DNA from: Gammaproteobacteria bacterium
Lineage (GTDB): Bacteria > Pseudomonadota > Gammaproteobacteria > Ga0077536
Length of the DNA stretch: 64,000 nucleotides
Direction of reading: 5' to 3'
Assembly (NCBI GenBank): GCA_050247235.1
Contig: JBFWUN010000002.1
Location: forward strand, 42,641-106,640
The position numbers and the translations under genes were made by a program. Positions 9,559-19,761 of this stretch are shown here, piece by piece. The first letter of the stretch is position 1. Each line of letters begins with the position of its first letter. The notes beneath the pieces are model-generated. The model searched no databases and was not told the origin of the DNA. It saw only the letters and a program-made list of their open reading frames with translations.

Positions 9559-9907
9559 CCAAGGCGCCGCTCGTCCGCCCGTACTGAGCCGTATCTTTTC
9601 CATACGGAGAAGTATGGTTTGGAGTGTATGCGTTCCAATCCGATAGCGCAATTGGCGTGCCGGCACTCCGCCGCGCGATTTGCCGGGATGACGCGCGCGG
9701 GGAGAACGGTGATCGGGTGCCTTGCCGCGCTAACCCGTCGCGTCCGGCAACGGCGGAATCCGCGGTGGCGGAGTGCCGGCCCCAGGACCCGATCGGCCCC
9801 GCGGGCAGCTGGTTTCAGGGTTTCGGAACGGATGCTTTCCTGCAAGAATTGGCGCCCCGACCGGGGCTCCTTCTTCGCCTCGCAACGCCGGTCGCGGCCG
9901 CCACACC

Positions 9908-10492
9908 ATGATCCTCATGATCGACAATTACGATTCGTTCACCTACAACCTGGTGCAGTATTGCGGTGAGCTGGGCCACGTGGTCGAGGTGGTGCGCAAC
10001 GATGCGATTGACCTCGCGGGCATCCGGACAATGAAGCCGTCACATATCATCGTCTCGCCGGGACCGTGTACCCCCAACGAGGCCGGGATCTCGCTCGCGG
10101 TAGTGCGCGACCTCGCACCCGAGTTCCCGATCCTGGGCGTCTGCCTGGGACATCAGAGCATCGGGCAGGCCTACGGGGGGCGCGTGGTGCATGCGCGGCA
10201 GGTGATGCACGGCAAAACGTCGCCCATCCATCACCGGGGCACCGGGCTGTTTCGGGATCTCCCGAACCCGTTCACCGCGACACGCTACCATTCACTGGTG
10301 ATCGCGCGGGAATCCTGCCCCGACTGCCTCGAAATCACGGCGTGGACGGCGCACCCGGGGGGCGAGTTCGATGAGATCATGGGGGTGCAGCACCGGGAGT
10401 ACCCGCTCTATGGCGTGCAGTTCCATCCGGAGGCCATCCTGACCGAACACGGTCACCGGCTGCTTCGGAATTTCTTCGACGCCACGACCTGA
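9908..10492 (+). CDS. trpG: Anthranilate synthase component II (glutamine amidotransferase)
   Basis: ATG 9908 within track ORF 9773..10492. [25 protein letters not shown] catalytic Cys, YGVQFHPE. Confidence 0.9.
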   Translation: MILMIDNYDSFTYNLVQYCGELGHVVEVVRNDAIDLAGIRTMKPSHIIVSPGPCTPNEAGISLAVVRDLAPEFPILGVCLGHQSIGQAYGGRVVHARQVMHGKTSPIHHRGTGLFRDLPNPFTATRYHSLVIARESCPDCLEITAWTAHPGGEFDEIMGVQHREYPLYGVQFHPEAILTEHGHRLLRNFFDATT

Positions 10493-10498
10493 CCGCCG

Positions 10499-11533
10499 AT
10501 GAACATCCGCGACGCCATCGCCCGCGTGGTCGACCTGCGCGATCTGAGCTTCGCGGAGATGGCTGGCGTGATGCGCGAGATCATGGCCGGAGAAGCGACG
10601 CCGGCGCAGATCGCAGGCCTCCTGGTCGCCCTTCGACAGAAAGGTGAGACGGTCGACGAAATCACTGCTGCCGCCTCCGTCATGCGTGAACTTTCCGTGA
10701 AGGTGGAAATCGATGCGCGGCCGCTGATCGACACCTGCGGGACGGGCGGTGATGCGAGCGGCACGTTCAACATCTCGACGGCGGCGGCGTTCGTCGTGGC
10801 GGCCGGTGGCGGTTACGTGGCCAAGCACGGCAACCGATCGGTGTCCAGCGCGAGCGGCTCAGCCGACCTGCTCGAGGCGGCTGGCGCGCAACTCGGACTC
10901 GCCCCGGAGTCCATCGCGCGCTGCGTTCGTGACACCGGGTTCGGCTTCATGTTCGCACAGGTTCATCATGGCGCAACCCGGCATGCCGCCGGGCCGCGCC
11001 GTGAACTCGGTATCCGGACGTTGTTCAACGTGCTCGGACCATTGACCAACCCGGCCGGCGCGCCGCTGCAGCTTGTCGGGTTGTTCCATCAGGACTGGGT
11101 GACGCGTATCGCCGAAGTCCTGCGCCGTCTGGGCAGCGCACGGGCGATGGTGGTGCACGCCGCGGACGGACTCGACGAGATCAGCGTCGGCGCACCAACG
11201 TTCGTGGCCGAGCTGAAGAACGACCGGATCAGTGAATACCAGATTGATCCGGCGTCATTCGGGATCGCGCGCGGTACGCTTGCCCCGCTCAAGGTGGCCA
11301 ACGCACAGGAGAGCCTGGCGCTGATCGAACGCACGCTGGCGGGCGAGGAAGGTCCCGCCGCGGACATCGTGGCCTTGAATGCCGGTGCCGCGCTCTACCT
11401 CTGCGGATTGACCGAGGATCTCGCCGCCGGATTCCGGCGCGCGCGTGAACTCCTGCGCAGCGGTGCGGCCGCGGAACGCTTGGAGAGGTACGTGGCGCTG
11501 ACTCGAAGCCTCGCAACCCCGGCGTCCGCCTGA
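10499..11533 (+). CDS. trpD: Anthranilate phosphoribosyltransferase
   Basis: DTCGTGGD, KHGNRSVSS, NVLGPLTNPA motifs. Sits between trpG and trpC. Confidence 0.95.
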   Translation: MNIRDAIARVVDLRDLSFAEMAGVMREIMAGEATPAQIAGLLVALRQKGETVDEITAAASVMRELSVKVEIDARPLIDTCGTGGDASGTFNISTAAAFVVAAGGGYVAKHGNRSVSSASGSADLLEAAGAQLGLAPESIARCVRDTGFGFMFAQVHHGATRHAAGPRRELGIRTLFNVLGPLTNPAGAPLQLVGLFHQDWVTRIAEVLRRLGSARAMVVHAADGLDEISVGAPTFVAELKNDRISEYQIDPASFGIARGTLAPLKVANAQESLALIERTLAGEEGPAADIVALNAGAALYLCGLTEDLAAGFRRARELLRSGAAAERLERYVALTRSLATPASA

Positions 11534-11566
11534 ATTCCGACGGCGAACAAGAGGAACGTGCCCGCG

Positions 11567-12385
11567 ATGTCTTCCGAAACGACTTCACTTGCACCAGGGC
11601 GTGACATACTCGCGGAGATTTTCGCGCACAAGCGCGAAGAGATCGCGGCGCGTCGCGCGCGGCGGCCGCTCGCGGAGATACGCGCAGCGGCGCTCGCGCA
11701 GCCGCCCCCGCGTGGCTTCGAAGCTGCACTTCGCCGCAAGGTCGCCGCAGGGCATGCCGGCGTGATCGCGGAGTGCAAGAAGGCCTCTCCCAGCAAGGGG
11801 GTCATGCGTGATCCCTATGACGTTGCGGAGATCGCCCTGGCATATGTGCGCGGCGGCGCGACATGCCTGTCGGTCCTGACCGACCAGCGGTACTTTCAGG
11901 GCGCCGACGAGCACCTCGTCACGGCACGCGCAGTCTGCGGGCTACCGGTAATTCGCAAGGATTTCCTGTGCGACGCGTACCAGGTCTACGAATCCCGTGC
12001 ACTCGGTGCGGACTGCATCCTGCTGATCGTCGCCGGACTGGACGACCCCACGCTGCAGGAGCTCGCGGACGTCGCCGTGCGTCTCGGCATGGACGTGCTC
12101 GTGGAAGTCCATGACCGCGAGGAGCTCGAGCGGGCACTCAGACTGCGCCTGCCGCTGGTGGGAATCAACAATCGCGATCTGAAGCGCTTCGTGACGACTA
12201 TCGACACGACGCTCGACCTGCTCGGCGACATACCGTCCGATCGACTCATCGTCACCGAATCCGGCATCGGAACGGTCGATGAGGTGACCCGGCTGCGTGC
12301 GCGCGGGGTGCACTGCTTCCTGGTCGGCGAGGCCTTCATGCGCAGCCCGGATCCGGGCATACGGCTGCGCGAACTCTTCGGCTGA
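11567..12385 (+). CDS. trpC: Indole-3-glycerol phosphate synthase
   Basis: [46 protein letters not shown] 11567 is preferred over the track GTG 11558 because GAGGAA (11551-11556) is better spaced. Confidence 0.9.
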   Translation: MSSETTSLAPGRDILAEIFAHKREEIAARRARRPLAEIRAAALAQPPPRGFEAALRRKVAAGHAGVIAECKKASPSKGVMRDPYDVAEIALAYVRGGATCLSVLTDQRYFQGADEHLVTARAVCGLPVIRKDFLCDAYQVYESRALGADCILLIVAGLDDPTLQELADVAVRLGMDVLVEVHDREELERALRLRLPLVGINNRDLKRFVTTIDTTLDLLGDIPSDRLIVTESGIGTVDEVTRLRARGVHCFLVGEAFMRSPDPGIRLRELFG

Positions 12386-12395
12386 CAGGTCCCCT

Positions 12396-12839
12396 TCAGG
12401 GCGGACGCGACGCGCCGAACGCGAGGCAATTGCCGCTCGGGTCCGCGATGGCGAACCATGCTTCCGTGCGTCCGTCGAGTGTCAGCATGGTCGGTGTCAT
12501 GCGGTAGGTGATGCCGACGTAGTTCAGGTGATCCACGGCCCGGTGCCAGTCCTCCCAGCTCATCATGAGGCCGAAGTTGGGGACCGGGATCGGCTTGCCG
12601 CCACGTCGTCCCGTGGCGCTCGGCGGCATGTCGGCAACGTGGTACGCGACGAGGCGACCGCCGAAGAACGCGAGCTCGAGCATATCGGGATCCTCGCGTT
12701 CCACCCGCGAACCGAGCACATCGACGTAGAACACGCGCAGCGCCGCGAGATCGCGCGCCGGGATCGCGAGTTGAAACGATGGCCGCGCGCTGAATTCCGC
12801 GAGCGGCCCGCTCGGTCTAGTCGTCTCGCTGCTGTCCAT
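12396..12839 (-). CDS. VOC (glyoxalase/bleomycin resistance/dioxygenase) family protein
   Basis: 147 aa. FQLAIPARDLAALRVFYVDVLG is a typical VOC N-terminal beta-alpha-beta start. Overlaps the upstream aldolase gene by 23 nt. Confidence 0.6.
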   Translation of the reverse strand: MDSSETTRPSGPLAEFSARPSFQLAIPARDLAALRVFYVDVLGSRVEREDPDMLELAFFGGRLVAYHVADMPPSATGRRGGKPIPVPNFGLMMSWEDWHRAVDHLNYVGITYRMTPTMLTLDGRTEAWFAIADPSGNCLAFGASRPP

Positions 12840-13470
12840 AGGTCTTGAACCGTTCCAGTACGTCGTGCATCTCTCCTGCGGCCAGCAGGACCGGTCCGCC
12901 GCATTGCAGGGTCAGGAGATATTGATGGGCCAGATCCTCGAGCGCAAGGGTGAGCTCGTAGGCCGCCGCGAGGTCCTCACCCAACGCGACGAGCCCATGG
13001 TTGGCGAGCAGGCAGGCACGCCGCGCCTCCAGCGCCTCGAGCACCGCGTCCGACAACGCCTGGGTCCCGAAGGTCGCGTACCGGGCGCAGCGAATCGAAG
13101 TGCCGCCACCCACGGAGATCATGTAATGGAACGCCGGAATTTCGCGGCGCATGCAGGCGAGCGCAGTGGCGCAGGGCGAGTGCACGTGCACGATTGCGTG
13201 GGCATCCGGGCGCGATGCGTAGATATCCCGGTGAAACCGCCATTCGCTGGACGGTTCGAGCTGCCCCGGTGCGATCGTGCCGTCGAGGTCCATCTCGACG
13301 TGGTGTTCGTCACGCAAGGACCGCGCACGGGCACCGGTTGGGGTGATGAGCATTCCGCCGACGGTGCGGATACTCGCATTGCCCGCGGCACCGCAGTTGA
13401 GTCCGGCATGCGCCAGCTCCCTCATCACCTGCGACAGCGCGGCGCGTTCCGGGTCCAGGCTGGACATCAC
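12817..13470 (-). CDS. Class II aldolase/adducin family protein
   Basis: GNASIR, ITPTG, SSEWRFHRDIY, IVHVHSP, LLANHG motifs of FucA/AraD-like class II aldolases. Start overlaps the ilvA stop by 4 nt. Confidence 0.8.
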   Translation of the reverse strand: MMSSLDPERAALSQVMRELAHAGLNCGAAGNASIRTVGGMLITPTGARARSLRDEHHVEMDLDGTIAPGQLEPSSEWRFHRDIYASRPDAHAIVHVHSPCATALACMRREIPAFHYMISVGGGTSIRCARYATFGTQALSDAVLEALEARRACLLANHGLVALGEDLAAAYELTLALEDLAHQYLLTLQCGGPVLLAAGEMHDVLERFKTYGQQRDD

Positions 13471-14987
13471 CGCAGAAAGAGTTCGTAGGCCGTGTTGTCG
13501 CGCTCTTCGACCCAGTCCATCTGGAGCGACGCGAGAAAGGCATCGAACGACTCGGCCGCGTCGACTGGCACCTGTATCCCCATCAGGACCCGGCCATTCG
13601 CAGCACCATGGTTACGGTAATGAAACAGGCTGATGTTCCAGCGGTCACCAATCTGGTTCAGGAAGTGCAGCAGTGCGCCTGGTCGTTCGGGAAACTCCAC
13701 GCGCAGCAGGCGCTCGCCGACGAGGCCGCGGGCATGTCCTCCGACCATGTAACGCACGTGCATCTTCGCCATCTCGTTGTCGGTGATGTCGCGGGCCTCG
13801 AACCCCTTGTCATGCAGGCTCGCGAGCAGCGCCACCTTGTCCGCCTCGCCCGATCGCAGCTGGACGCCGGCAAATACCGCGGCGCGCTGACGATCCGAGT
13901 ATCGATAATTGAACTCCGTGATTGCACGGGGACCGAGCGCGTGGCAGAAGCGCCGGAAACTTCCGGGCCGTTCCGGAATGACGGCGCCGAGCAGGATTTC
14001 GCGCCGTTCGCCGAGTTCAGCGAGCTCCGCGATGTGACGCAGCCGGTCGAAGTTGACGTTCGCGCCGCTGAGTATGGCGACCAGCGACTGCCCGGTGACC
14101 TGTTCGCGCGCGACATGCTGCTTGAGTCCGGCGAGCGCCAATGCGCCAGCGGGCTCGGCGATCGAGCGCGTGTCTTCGAAAATATCTTTGACCGCCGCGC
14201 AGATCTCGTCGATTGACACCGTCAGCACCTCGTCGACGTACCGCCGCGCGATACGGAAGGGTTCAGTGCCGACCTGCCGCACGGCCGCACCGTCGGCAAA
14301 CAGCCCGATACGGTCCAGCTGGACGGGTTTACCCGCTTCCAGCGCGCGCTTCATGCAGGCCGCGTCGTCCGCCTCGACGCCGACAATCCTGACCGACGGA
14401 TGCAGTGCCTTCACGAACGTCGCCACGCCACCGATCAGCCCACCGCCGCCAACCGGCACGAAGATCGCGTCCGGTACGCCGTGGTGCTGCCGCAGGATTT
14501 CCATCGCGACGGTCCCCTGGCCTGCGATGATCGCCGGATGGTCATAAGGTGGAACGTAGGTCAGGCCCCGCGTGTCCACCAGTTCGCGCGCGTGTTCGGC
14601 CGCCTCGTCGTAGGTATTGCCGTGCAGGACTATCTCGCCCTGCAGTCTCCTCACGGCGTTCACCTTGATCTCAGGGGTGGTTTTCGGCATCACGATGACG
14701 GCGCGCACGCCGAGCCGCTGCGCGGCGAGCGCCACGCCTTGGGCGTGGTTGCCGGCGGAAGCGGTGACGACACCACGCGCCCGCTCTTCCTCGGTAAGCC
14801 CTGTCATCATGGTGTAGGCGCCGCGGATCTTGTAAGAGAACACGGGCTGCATGTCTTCCCGTTTCAGCCACACTGTGTTCCCGGTGCGCTGGGACATGAG
14901 CGGCAGCACGTCAAGCGGCGTTTCGCGGGCGACGTCGTATACCGGCGCCTTCAGGGTCATCTTGAGGTACGTGTCAAGCATGCGCAT
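13467..14987 (-). CDS. ilvA: Threonine ammonia-lyase, biosynthetic
   Basis: Track ORF 13467..15149 trimmed to Met55. PLP site [21 protein letters not shown] loop, and C-terminal tandem ACT-like regulatory domains. Confidence 0.9.
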   Translation of the reverse strand: MRMLDTYLKMTLKAPVYDVARETPLDVLPLMSQRTGNTVWLKREDMQPVFSYKIRGAYTMMTGLTEEERARGVVTASAGNHAQGVALAAQRLGVRAVIVMPKTTPEIKVNAVRRLQGEIVLHGNTYDEAAEHARELVDTRGLTYVPPYDHPAIIAGQGTVAMEILRQHHGVPDAIFVPVGGGGLIGGVATFVKALHPSVRIVGVEADDAACMKRALEAGKPVQLDRIGLFADGAAVRQVGTEPFRIARRYVDEVLTVSIDEICAAVKDIFEDTRSIAEPAGALALAGLKQHVAREQVTGQSLVAILSGANVNFDRLRHIAELAELGERREILLGAVIPERPGSFRRFCHALGPRAITEFNYRYSDRQRAAVFAGVQLRSGEADKVALLASLHDKGFEARDITDNEMAKMHVRYMVGGHARGLVGERLLRVEFPERPGALLHFLNQIGDRWNISLFHYRNHGAANGRVLMGIQVPVDAAESFDAFLASLQMDWVEERDNTAYELFLR

Positions 14988-15047
14988 AAGATACCATCTA
15001 CCGGCAACTGCCGCCGACGCGCGGTATCCATCGTCAAAGGGCACGCA

Positions 15048-15704
15048 ATGACGCAGGACGACAAGAAGCGCCAGGCCGCGATTGCAGCAGTCGAGTTCGT
15101 GCGGCACGCGGCGGTTGTCGGCGTGGGTACGGGCAGCACCGCCAACCATTTCATCGACGCACTGGCACGCGTCAAGGGTTACCTGGACGGCGCAGTCGCA
15201 AGTTCAGAAGCGTCCGCCGCGCGTCTCAAGGGACACGGCATCCAGGTGTACGACCTCAACGACGTCGGCCCCCTGGAGGTCTACGTGGACGGGGCAGACG
15301 AGGCGAACGCCCAGCGCGAACTCGTCAAAGGCGGGGGCGGCGCGCTGACCCGCGAGAAGATTGTCGCCGCGGCCAGCGCACGCTTCGTGTGCATCATGGA
15401 CGATTCCAAGCTGGTGGAGCGCCTGGGTCGGTTCCCCCTGCCGGTCGAAGTGATACCGATGGCGCGCAGTCACGTGGCCCGGGCGCTCGTCTCGCTCGGT
15501 GGACAGCCGGAATATCGCCGCGGTTTCACCACGGACAACGGCAACGTCATCCTCGACGTGCATGGAATCCACATCCAGGATGCGAAATCACTCGAAGCGC
15601 AGATCAACCAGATTGCCGGCGTGGTTTCCAACGGGCTCTTCGCGATCCGTCCGGCGGACGTTCTGCTGATCGGGGGAACGGACGGCGTCCGTCGCATCGG
15701 CTGA
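15048..15704 (+). CDS. rpiA: Ribose-5-phosphate isomerase A
   Basis: ATG 15048 within track ORF 14400..15704. [34 protein letters not shown]. Confidence 0.9.
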   Translation: MTQDDKKRQAAIAAVEFVRHAAVVGVGTGSTANHFIDALARVKGYLDGAVASSEASAARLKGHGIQVYDLNDVGPLEVYVDGADEANAQRELVKGGGGALTREKIVAAASARFVCIMDDSKLVERLGRFPLPVEVIPMARSHVARALVSLGGQPEYRRGFTTDNGNVILDVHGIHIQDAKSLEAQINQIAGVVSNGLFAIRPADVLLIGGTDGVRRIG

Positions 15705-15708
15705 AGCA

Positions 15709-15909
15709 ATGCGACGCGGTCTCGTTACGCTGGGCATCGTGCTGATCGCGGTCGGGCTGCTCTGGCCGTGGCTATCGAGGATCGGGTGGGGAAGGCTTCC
15801 CGGCGATATCGTGCTTGAACGCGGTCACGGACGATTCTACTTCCCCATCACAACTTGCCTCGTGATCAGCGCGCTCGTGTCATTCGCGCTGTGGTGGTGG
15901 CGACGCTGA
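15709..15909 (+). CDS. DUF2905-like small membrane protein
   Basis: 66 aa with GRLPGDIVLERGHGRFYFPITTCL, characteristic of DUF2905 as I recall it. Confidence 0.55.
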   Translation: MRRGLVTLGIVLIAVGLLWPWLSRIGWGRLPGDIVLERGHGRFYFPITTCLVISALVSFALWWWRR

Positions 15910-15916
15910 CGCCAGG

Positions 15917-16699
15917 TCAGTTGCGAGTCAGTGCCTTGTCCGCGTCGGTCGCGGGCACGTCGGTCGGGATGAAGAATCGACAGAACAGCATTCCCACTTC
16001 GTACAGCAACCAGACGGGGATCGCCATCATGGTCTGCGAAATGACATCAGGGGGGGTGAGAATCGCCGCGATCACGAACGCGCCGACGATGATGTAGGGC
16101 CTCTTCTCCGCGAGCGACTCGCGAGTTGATATGCCGGTGCGCACGACGAGGTAGGTCGCGACCGGTACTTCGAACGCAGCGCCGAACGCAAAGAACATCA
16201 CGATCACGAAATCGAGGTACCGGCTGATATCGGTCATCACCGTCACGCCGGCCGGCGCCGCTGCCGTCAGGAAACCGAACACCAGCGGAAATACCGCGTA
16301 GTACGCGAATGCGATGCCGCAGTAGAACAACGTCGTGCTGGAGACGAGGAGCGGCAGCGCGAGCCGCTTCTCGTGTCGATACAGCCCTGGCGCAACAAAC
16401 GCCCATAACTGGTAGAAGATGTAGGGTGCGCTGATCGCGACTGCCACGAAGCAGGTCAGCTTGAACGGCGCGAGGAACGGCGACGCGACTTCGGTGGCAA
16501 TCATTTGTGCCCCGATGTCGCTCATCTGCTGCATCAACGGCCGTGAAAGCCATTCGTATAGGGTGTTGGCCACCGGCATCAGGACGAGCAGGACCGCGAG
16601 TACGCACATCACCGTGCGCAGCAACCGGTCACGCAACTCAACGAGATGCGATAAAAACGGTTGCTCGGTAGGGTCGAGACCGGAAGGTTCTTCGGCCAT
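15917..16699 (-). CDS. tatC: Sec-independent protein translocase TatC
   Basis: FLSHLVELRDRLL, six hydrophobic segments, position after tatA-tatB. Confidence 0.95.
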   Translation of the reverse strand: MAEEPSGLDPTEQPFLSHLVELRDRLLRTVMCVLAVLLVLMPVANTLYEWLSRPLMQQMSDIGAQMIATEVASPFLAPFKLTCFVAVAISAPYIFYQLWAFVAPGLYRHEKRLALPLLVSSTTLFYCGIAFAYYAVFPLVFGFLTAAAPAGVTVMTDISRYLDFVIVMFFAFGAAFEVPVATYLVVRTGISTRESLAEKRPYIIVGAFVIAAILTPPDVISQTMMAIPVWLLYEVGMLFCRFFIPTDVPATDADKALTRN

Positions 16700-16705
16700 G
16701 GTCGA

Positions 16706-17020
16706 TCAGGCAGGATCGGAGGGTGGCTTCGTTGGCTCTTCCGCCCGCGGTGCGTTGAGGCGTTGCTCCATGAACGACCCGGAGAGCTTCTTTTCCTGCG
16801 CCAACCGTGCTTCCTCGGTTTGCAGCGTGCGCTGAAACTGGTTCAGCTCCCGTACGCTCTGATCGTTCTCGAGCTGAGTCTTGAGCTCCCGCGCCATGCG
16901 TTGCGCACGCCCGAGCCAACGGCCAGCGGACCGTACCAGCGGCGGAAGGCGCTCCGGGCCCAGCACCAGCAGCGCAATGAGCCCGATCAGCATCAGCTCC
17001 GTGAAGCCAACGTCGAACAC
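16706..17020 (-). CDS. tatB: Sec-independent protein translocase TatB
   Basis: Track ORF 16706..17164 trimmed to GTG 17020, giving (M)FDVGFTELMLIGLIALLVLGPERLP, the canonical TatB N-terminus. Confidence 0.8.
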   Translation of the reverse strand: MFDVGFTELMLIGLIALLVLGPERLPPLVRSAGRWLGRAQRMARELKTQLENDQSVRELNQFQRTLQTEEARLAQEKKLSGSFMEQRLNAPRAEEPTKPPSDPA

Positions 17021-17027
17021 GGAGGCT

Positions 17028-17252
17028 TCAGGAGTTCTTCTGATCCGCGCTCGGCACCGCGTCGCCGTCGATGACCCGCTTGTTTGCGGTGACATCGACG
17101 ACCGGCGGTTCCTCGTTGCCGTCCTTGATCGCCTTGCGGAAATCACGGATCCAGCCGCCGACATCCGAGCCGATGCCTTTGATCTTCTTGGTCCCGAAGA
17201 GCAGCATCACGATCACGAGGATGATGATGAGTTCCTTGATTCCGATACCCAT
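17028..17252 (-). CDS. tatA: Sec-independent protein translocase TatA
   Basis: Trimmed to MGIGIKELIIILVIVMLLFGTKKI, with GGAG 6-9 nt upstream. Confidence 0.85.
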   Translation of the reverse strand: MGIGIKELIIILVIVMLLFGTKKIKGIGSDVGGWIRDFRKAIKDGNEEPPVVDVTANKRVIDGDAVPSADQKNS

Positions 17253-17295
17253 GGGATTCTCCGGCGCCGCCCGTGGTGACGCCATTAAGTTGCAG

Positions 17296-17619
17296 CTATT
17301 TTCCCTGGCGCGAGGCCTTTTCCTCGATGCCGGAGCGGCCGAACCGCCGCGCCAGTTCGAGCATCACCCGTTGCGGCGGGATCCCCTGGTGAACCAGCGC
17401 GACCATGCAGTGAAACCACAGGTCCGCCACTTCGTGAACCAGGGCCTCCCCATCCGCACCGCCGGCGGCGATCACGACCTCTGTCGCCTCTTCCCCAATC
17501 TTCTTGCGGATCGCATCGATGCCCTGGTGATAGAGGCGCGCGACGTACGACGATGCCGGATCCGCGCCCCTTCTTTGTTCCAGGATCGCGGTCAGCTGGT
17601 TCAAGACGTCGTCGGACAT
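17296..17619 (-). CDS. hisE: Phosphoribosyl-ATP diphosphatase
   Basis: Trimmed to Met57: [46 protein letters not shown]. Confidence 0.85.
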   Translation of the reverse strand: MSDDVLNQLTAILEQRRGADPASSYVARLYHQGIDAIRKKIGEEATEVVIAAGGADGEALVHEVADLWFHCMVALVHQGIPPQRVMLELARRFGRSGIEEKASRQGK

Positions 17620-17629
17620 GGCGCTTCCT

Positions 17630-18025
17630 TCACTTCGAGCCAGGGGCGCGATAGATTTCCGACGGATCCCGGACGATGGGTTCGACGGTCTGCCAGGATT
17701 CGCCCTCGAGTCTGCGGTAAAAGCACGACTCTCGTCCAGTATGACAGGCGATACCCCCCACTTGTTCGACCAACAGGACCAGCGCATCCCCGTCGCAGTC
17801 GAGCCGGATTTCGCGCAACTGCTGAACGTGACCGGATTCTTCGCCTTTACGCCACAGTCTCCGCCGCGAGCGCGACCAGTAGACGGCCCTCCGCTCGCGC
17901 ACGGTGAGCTCCAGCGCTTCCCGATTCATCCAGGCCTGCATCAGGATTCGCCCGGAAATGGCGTCCTGAGCGGTAACGGGCACCAGGCCGTCCTGACCCC
18001 ATTTGATTTCGTCGAGCCAGGTCAC
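17630..18025 (-). CDS. hisI: Phosphoribosyl-AMP cyclohydrolase
   Basis: [54 protein letters not shown]. Confidence 0.9.
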   Translation of the reverse strand: MTWLDEIKWGQDGLVPVTAQDAISGRILMQAWMNREALELTVRERRAVYWSRSRRRLWRKGEESGHVQQLREIRLDCDGDALVLLVEQVGGIACHTGRESCFYRRLEGESWQTVEPIVRDPSEIYRAPGSK

Positions 18026-18789
18026 TGTCGCATCTCGATGCCGGCGGCCGCCATGTGGCGTTTGGCCTGTTCCACGGTGTATTCGCCGAAGTGAAAGATG
18101 CTCGCGGCAAGCACCGCATCGGCGTGACCGAGCGCAATCCCGGCAACCAGGTGGTCCAGCTGGCCGACACCGCCCGAAGCAATCACCGGAATTGGTACCG
18201 CGTCGGCGATCGCACGAGTCAGCGCCAGGTCGAATCCGTCACGCGTGCCGTCGCGGTCCATGCTGGTCAGAAGGATCTCGCCCGCGCCGAATTCCGCCAT
18301 CCGGACTGCCCACGCCACGGCATCCAGGCCGGTGCCCCGACGACCGCCGTGGGTGTGGACTTCCCAACCCGGGCTCCCGTCCCGTCGGGCACGGGCGTCA
18401 ATGGCAACGACGATACATTGCGATCCGTACTTGTCAGCCGCGGCGCGCACGAAATCCGGGTTGTGGACGGCCGCCGTATTGATGCCCACCTTGTCGGCGC
18501 CCGCGGTCAGCATCCGCCGAACGTCCTGCATTTCCCGGATTCCGCCGCCGACGGTCAGCGGAATGAACACCTGCGCCGCAACCTCGCGCACCACTTCAAC
18601 CATGGTCTCGCGCCCGTCGCTGCTCGCCGTGATGTCGAGAAACGTGATCTCGTCGGCGCCCTGGGTGTCGTAGCGGCGAGCGATCTCGACGGGATCGCCA
18701 GCATCCCGGATGTCGACGAACCGGACACCCTTGACGACGCGACCCGCGTCGACATCGAGACAGGGGATGATTCTTTTGGCGAGTCCCAT
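18022..18789 (-). CDS. hisF: Imidazole glycerol phosphate synthase cyclase subunit
   Basis: [29 protein letters not shown], and a C-terminal phosphate-binding region with IASGG. Confidence 0.95.
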   Translation of the reverse strand: MGLAKRIIPCLDVDAGRVVKGVRFVDIRDAGDPVEIARRYDTQGADEITFLDITASSDGRETMVEVVREVAAQVFIPLTVGGGIREMQDVRRMLTAGADKVGINTAAVHNPDFVRAAADKYGSQCIVVAIDARARRDGSPGWEVHTHGGRRGTGLDAVAWAVRMAEFGAGEILLTSMDRDGTRDGFDLALTRAIADAVPIPVIASGGVGQLDHLVAGIALGHADAVLAASIFHFGEYTVEQAKRHMAAAGIEMRQ

Positions 18790-18879
18790 AGGTAGGTGTG
18801 GTTACGCGCGGATGTCTGATGAACGTGAGTGGCGGGAAGTATCTCCGGGTGATCGGGTCGCCCCGGGTCCGTCGACGAA

Positions 18880-19623
18880 TCAGTGTTTCGGCGACAGTTC
18901 GTCCGCGAGCGACTGGGCCGCGCGGAAATCGAGCGTTCCTTCATAGATGGCGCGTCCGGTTACCGCGCCCGCGATGCCTTCTGATTCGACGGCGGCGAGC
19001 GCCCGGATGTCGTCGAGATTCGTCACGCCCCCGGACGCGAACACCGGGATGCGCAGATGTCGCGCGAACTCGACGGTTGCATCGAGGTTGAGCCCGCTCA
19101 TCATCCCGTCGCGCCGGATATCCGTGAAGATGATAGCCTCGACACCGTTCTCCTCGAACTGCCGGGCGAGATCCACCGCGTCATGACGCGAGAGCTTGGA
19201 CCATCCTTCGATGGCGACTTTGCCGTCGCGGACGTCGAGTCCGACATAGATGTGTCCGGGGAATTCCAGGCAAACGTCCGAGACGAAATGCGGCGCCGTC
19301 ACGGCCTTCGTGCCAATGATCACGTAACGCACACCGGCATTTAGGTACGTCTGGATGGTGTCCTCATCCCGAATGCCCCCGCCCACCTGGACAGGGACGC
19401 GCGGAAACGCCTGCGCGATGTCCCGGATCACCTCGAAATTGACCGGCCTGCCCGCCGTGGCGCCGTTCAAGTCCACGACATGAAGCCGGCGGGCGCCTTC
19501 CTCAACCCACCTTGCTGCCATCGCAAGCGGATCGTCGGAATAAACGGTGCCCTCTTCCATGCGGCCTTGCCGCAGGCGCACGCATTTGCCGTCCTTGATG
19601 TCGATGGCAGGGATCAGCAGCAT
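18880..19623 (-). CDS. hisA: ProFAR isomerase (1-(5-phosphoribosyl)-5-[(5-phosphoribosylamino)methylideneamino]imidazole-4-carboxamide isomerase)
   Basis: [41 protein letters not shown]. Confidence 0.95.
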   Translation of the reverse strand: MLLIPAIDIKDGKCVRLRQGRMEEGTVYSDDPLAMAARWVEEGARRLHVVDLNGATAGRPVNFEVIRDIAQAFPRVPVQVGGGIRDEDTIQTYLNAGVRYVIIGTKAVTAPHFVSDVCLEFPGHIYVGLDVRDGKVAIEGWSKLSRHDAVDLARQFEENGVEAIIFTDIRRDGMMSGLNLDATVEFARHLRIPVFASGGVTNLDDIRALAAVESEGIAGAVTGRAIYEGTLDFRAAQSLADELSPKH

Positions 19624-19761
19624 GGGGCTAGAACCTGAAAGGGCTGTCGATTCGGCGTATCGTGTTCGGAACTCGAGAGCTTGCTCGGGCAGTACGCGCC
19701 TCGCGGTGCCGAAATGTTAGCACAAGGCCTTTCAAAGATCCGGCGCAACGACCGGTTCCGA

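Noticed and set aside
9559-9907. Possible trp leader/attenuator or trpE remnant in the 349-nt region upstream of trpG; a small hairpin CCGTAT-N7-ATACGG lies at about 9583-9601.
   Set aside because: No Trp-codon-rich leader peptide or alternative terminator/antiterminator structure could be identified by eye, and no frame resembles TrpE. The hairpin is short, lacks a U-run, and is more likely a weak terminator for the TetR gene.
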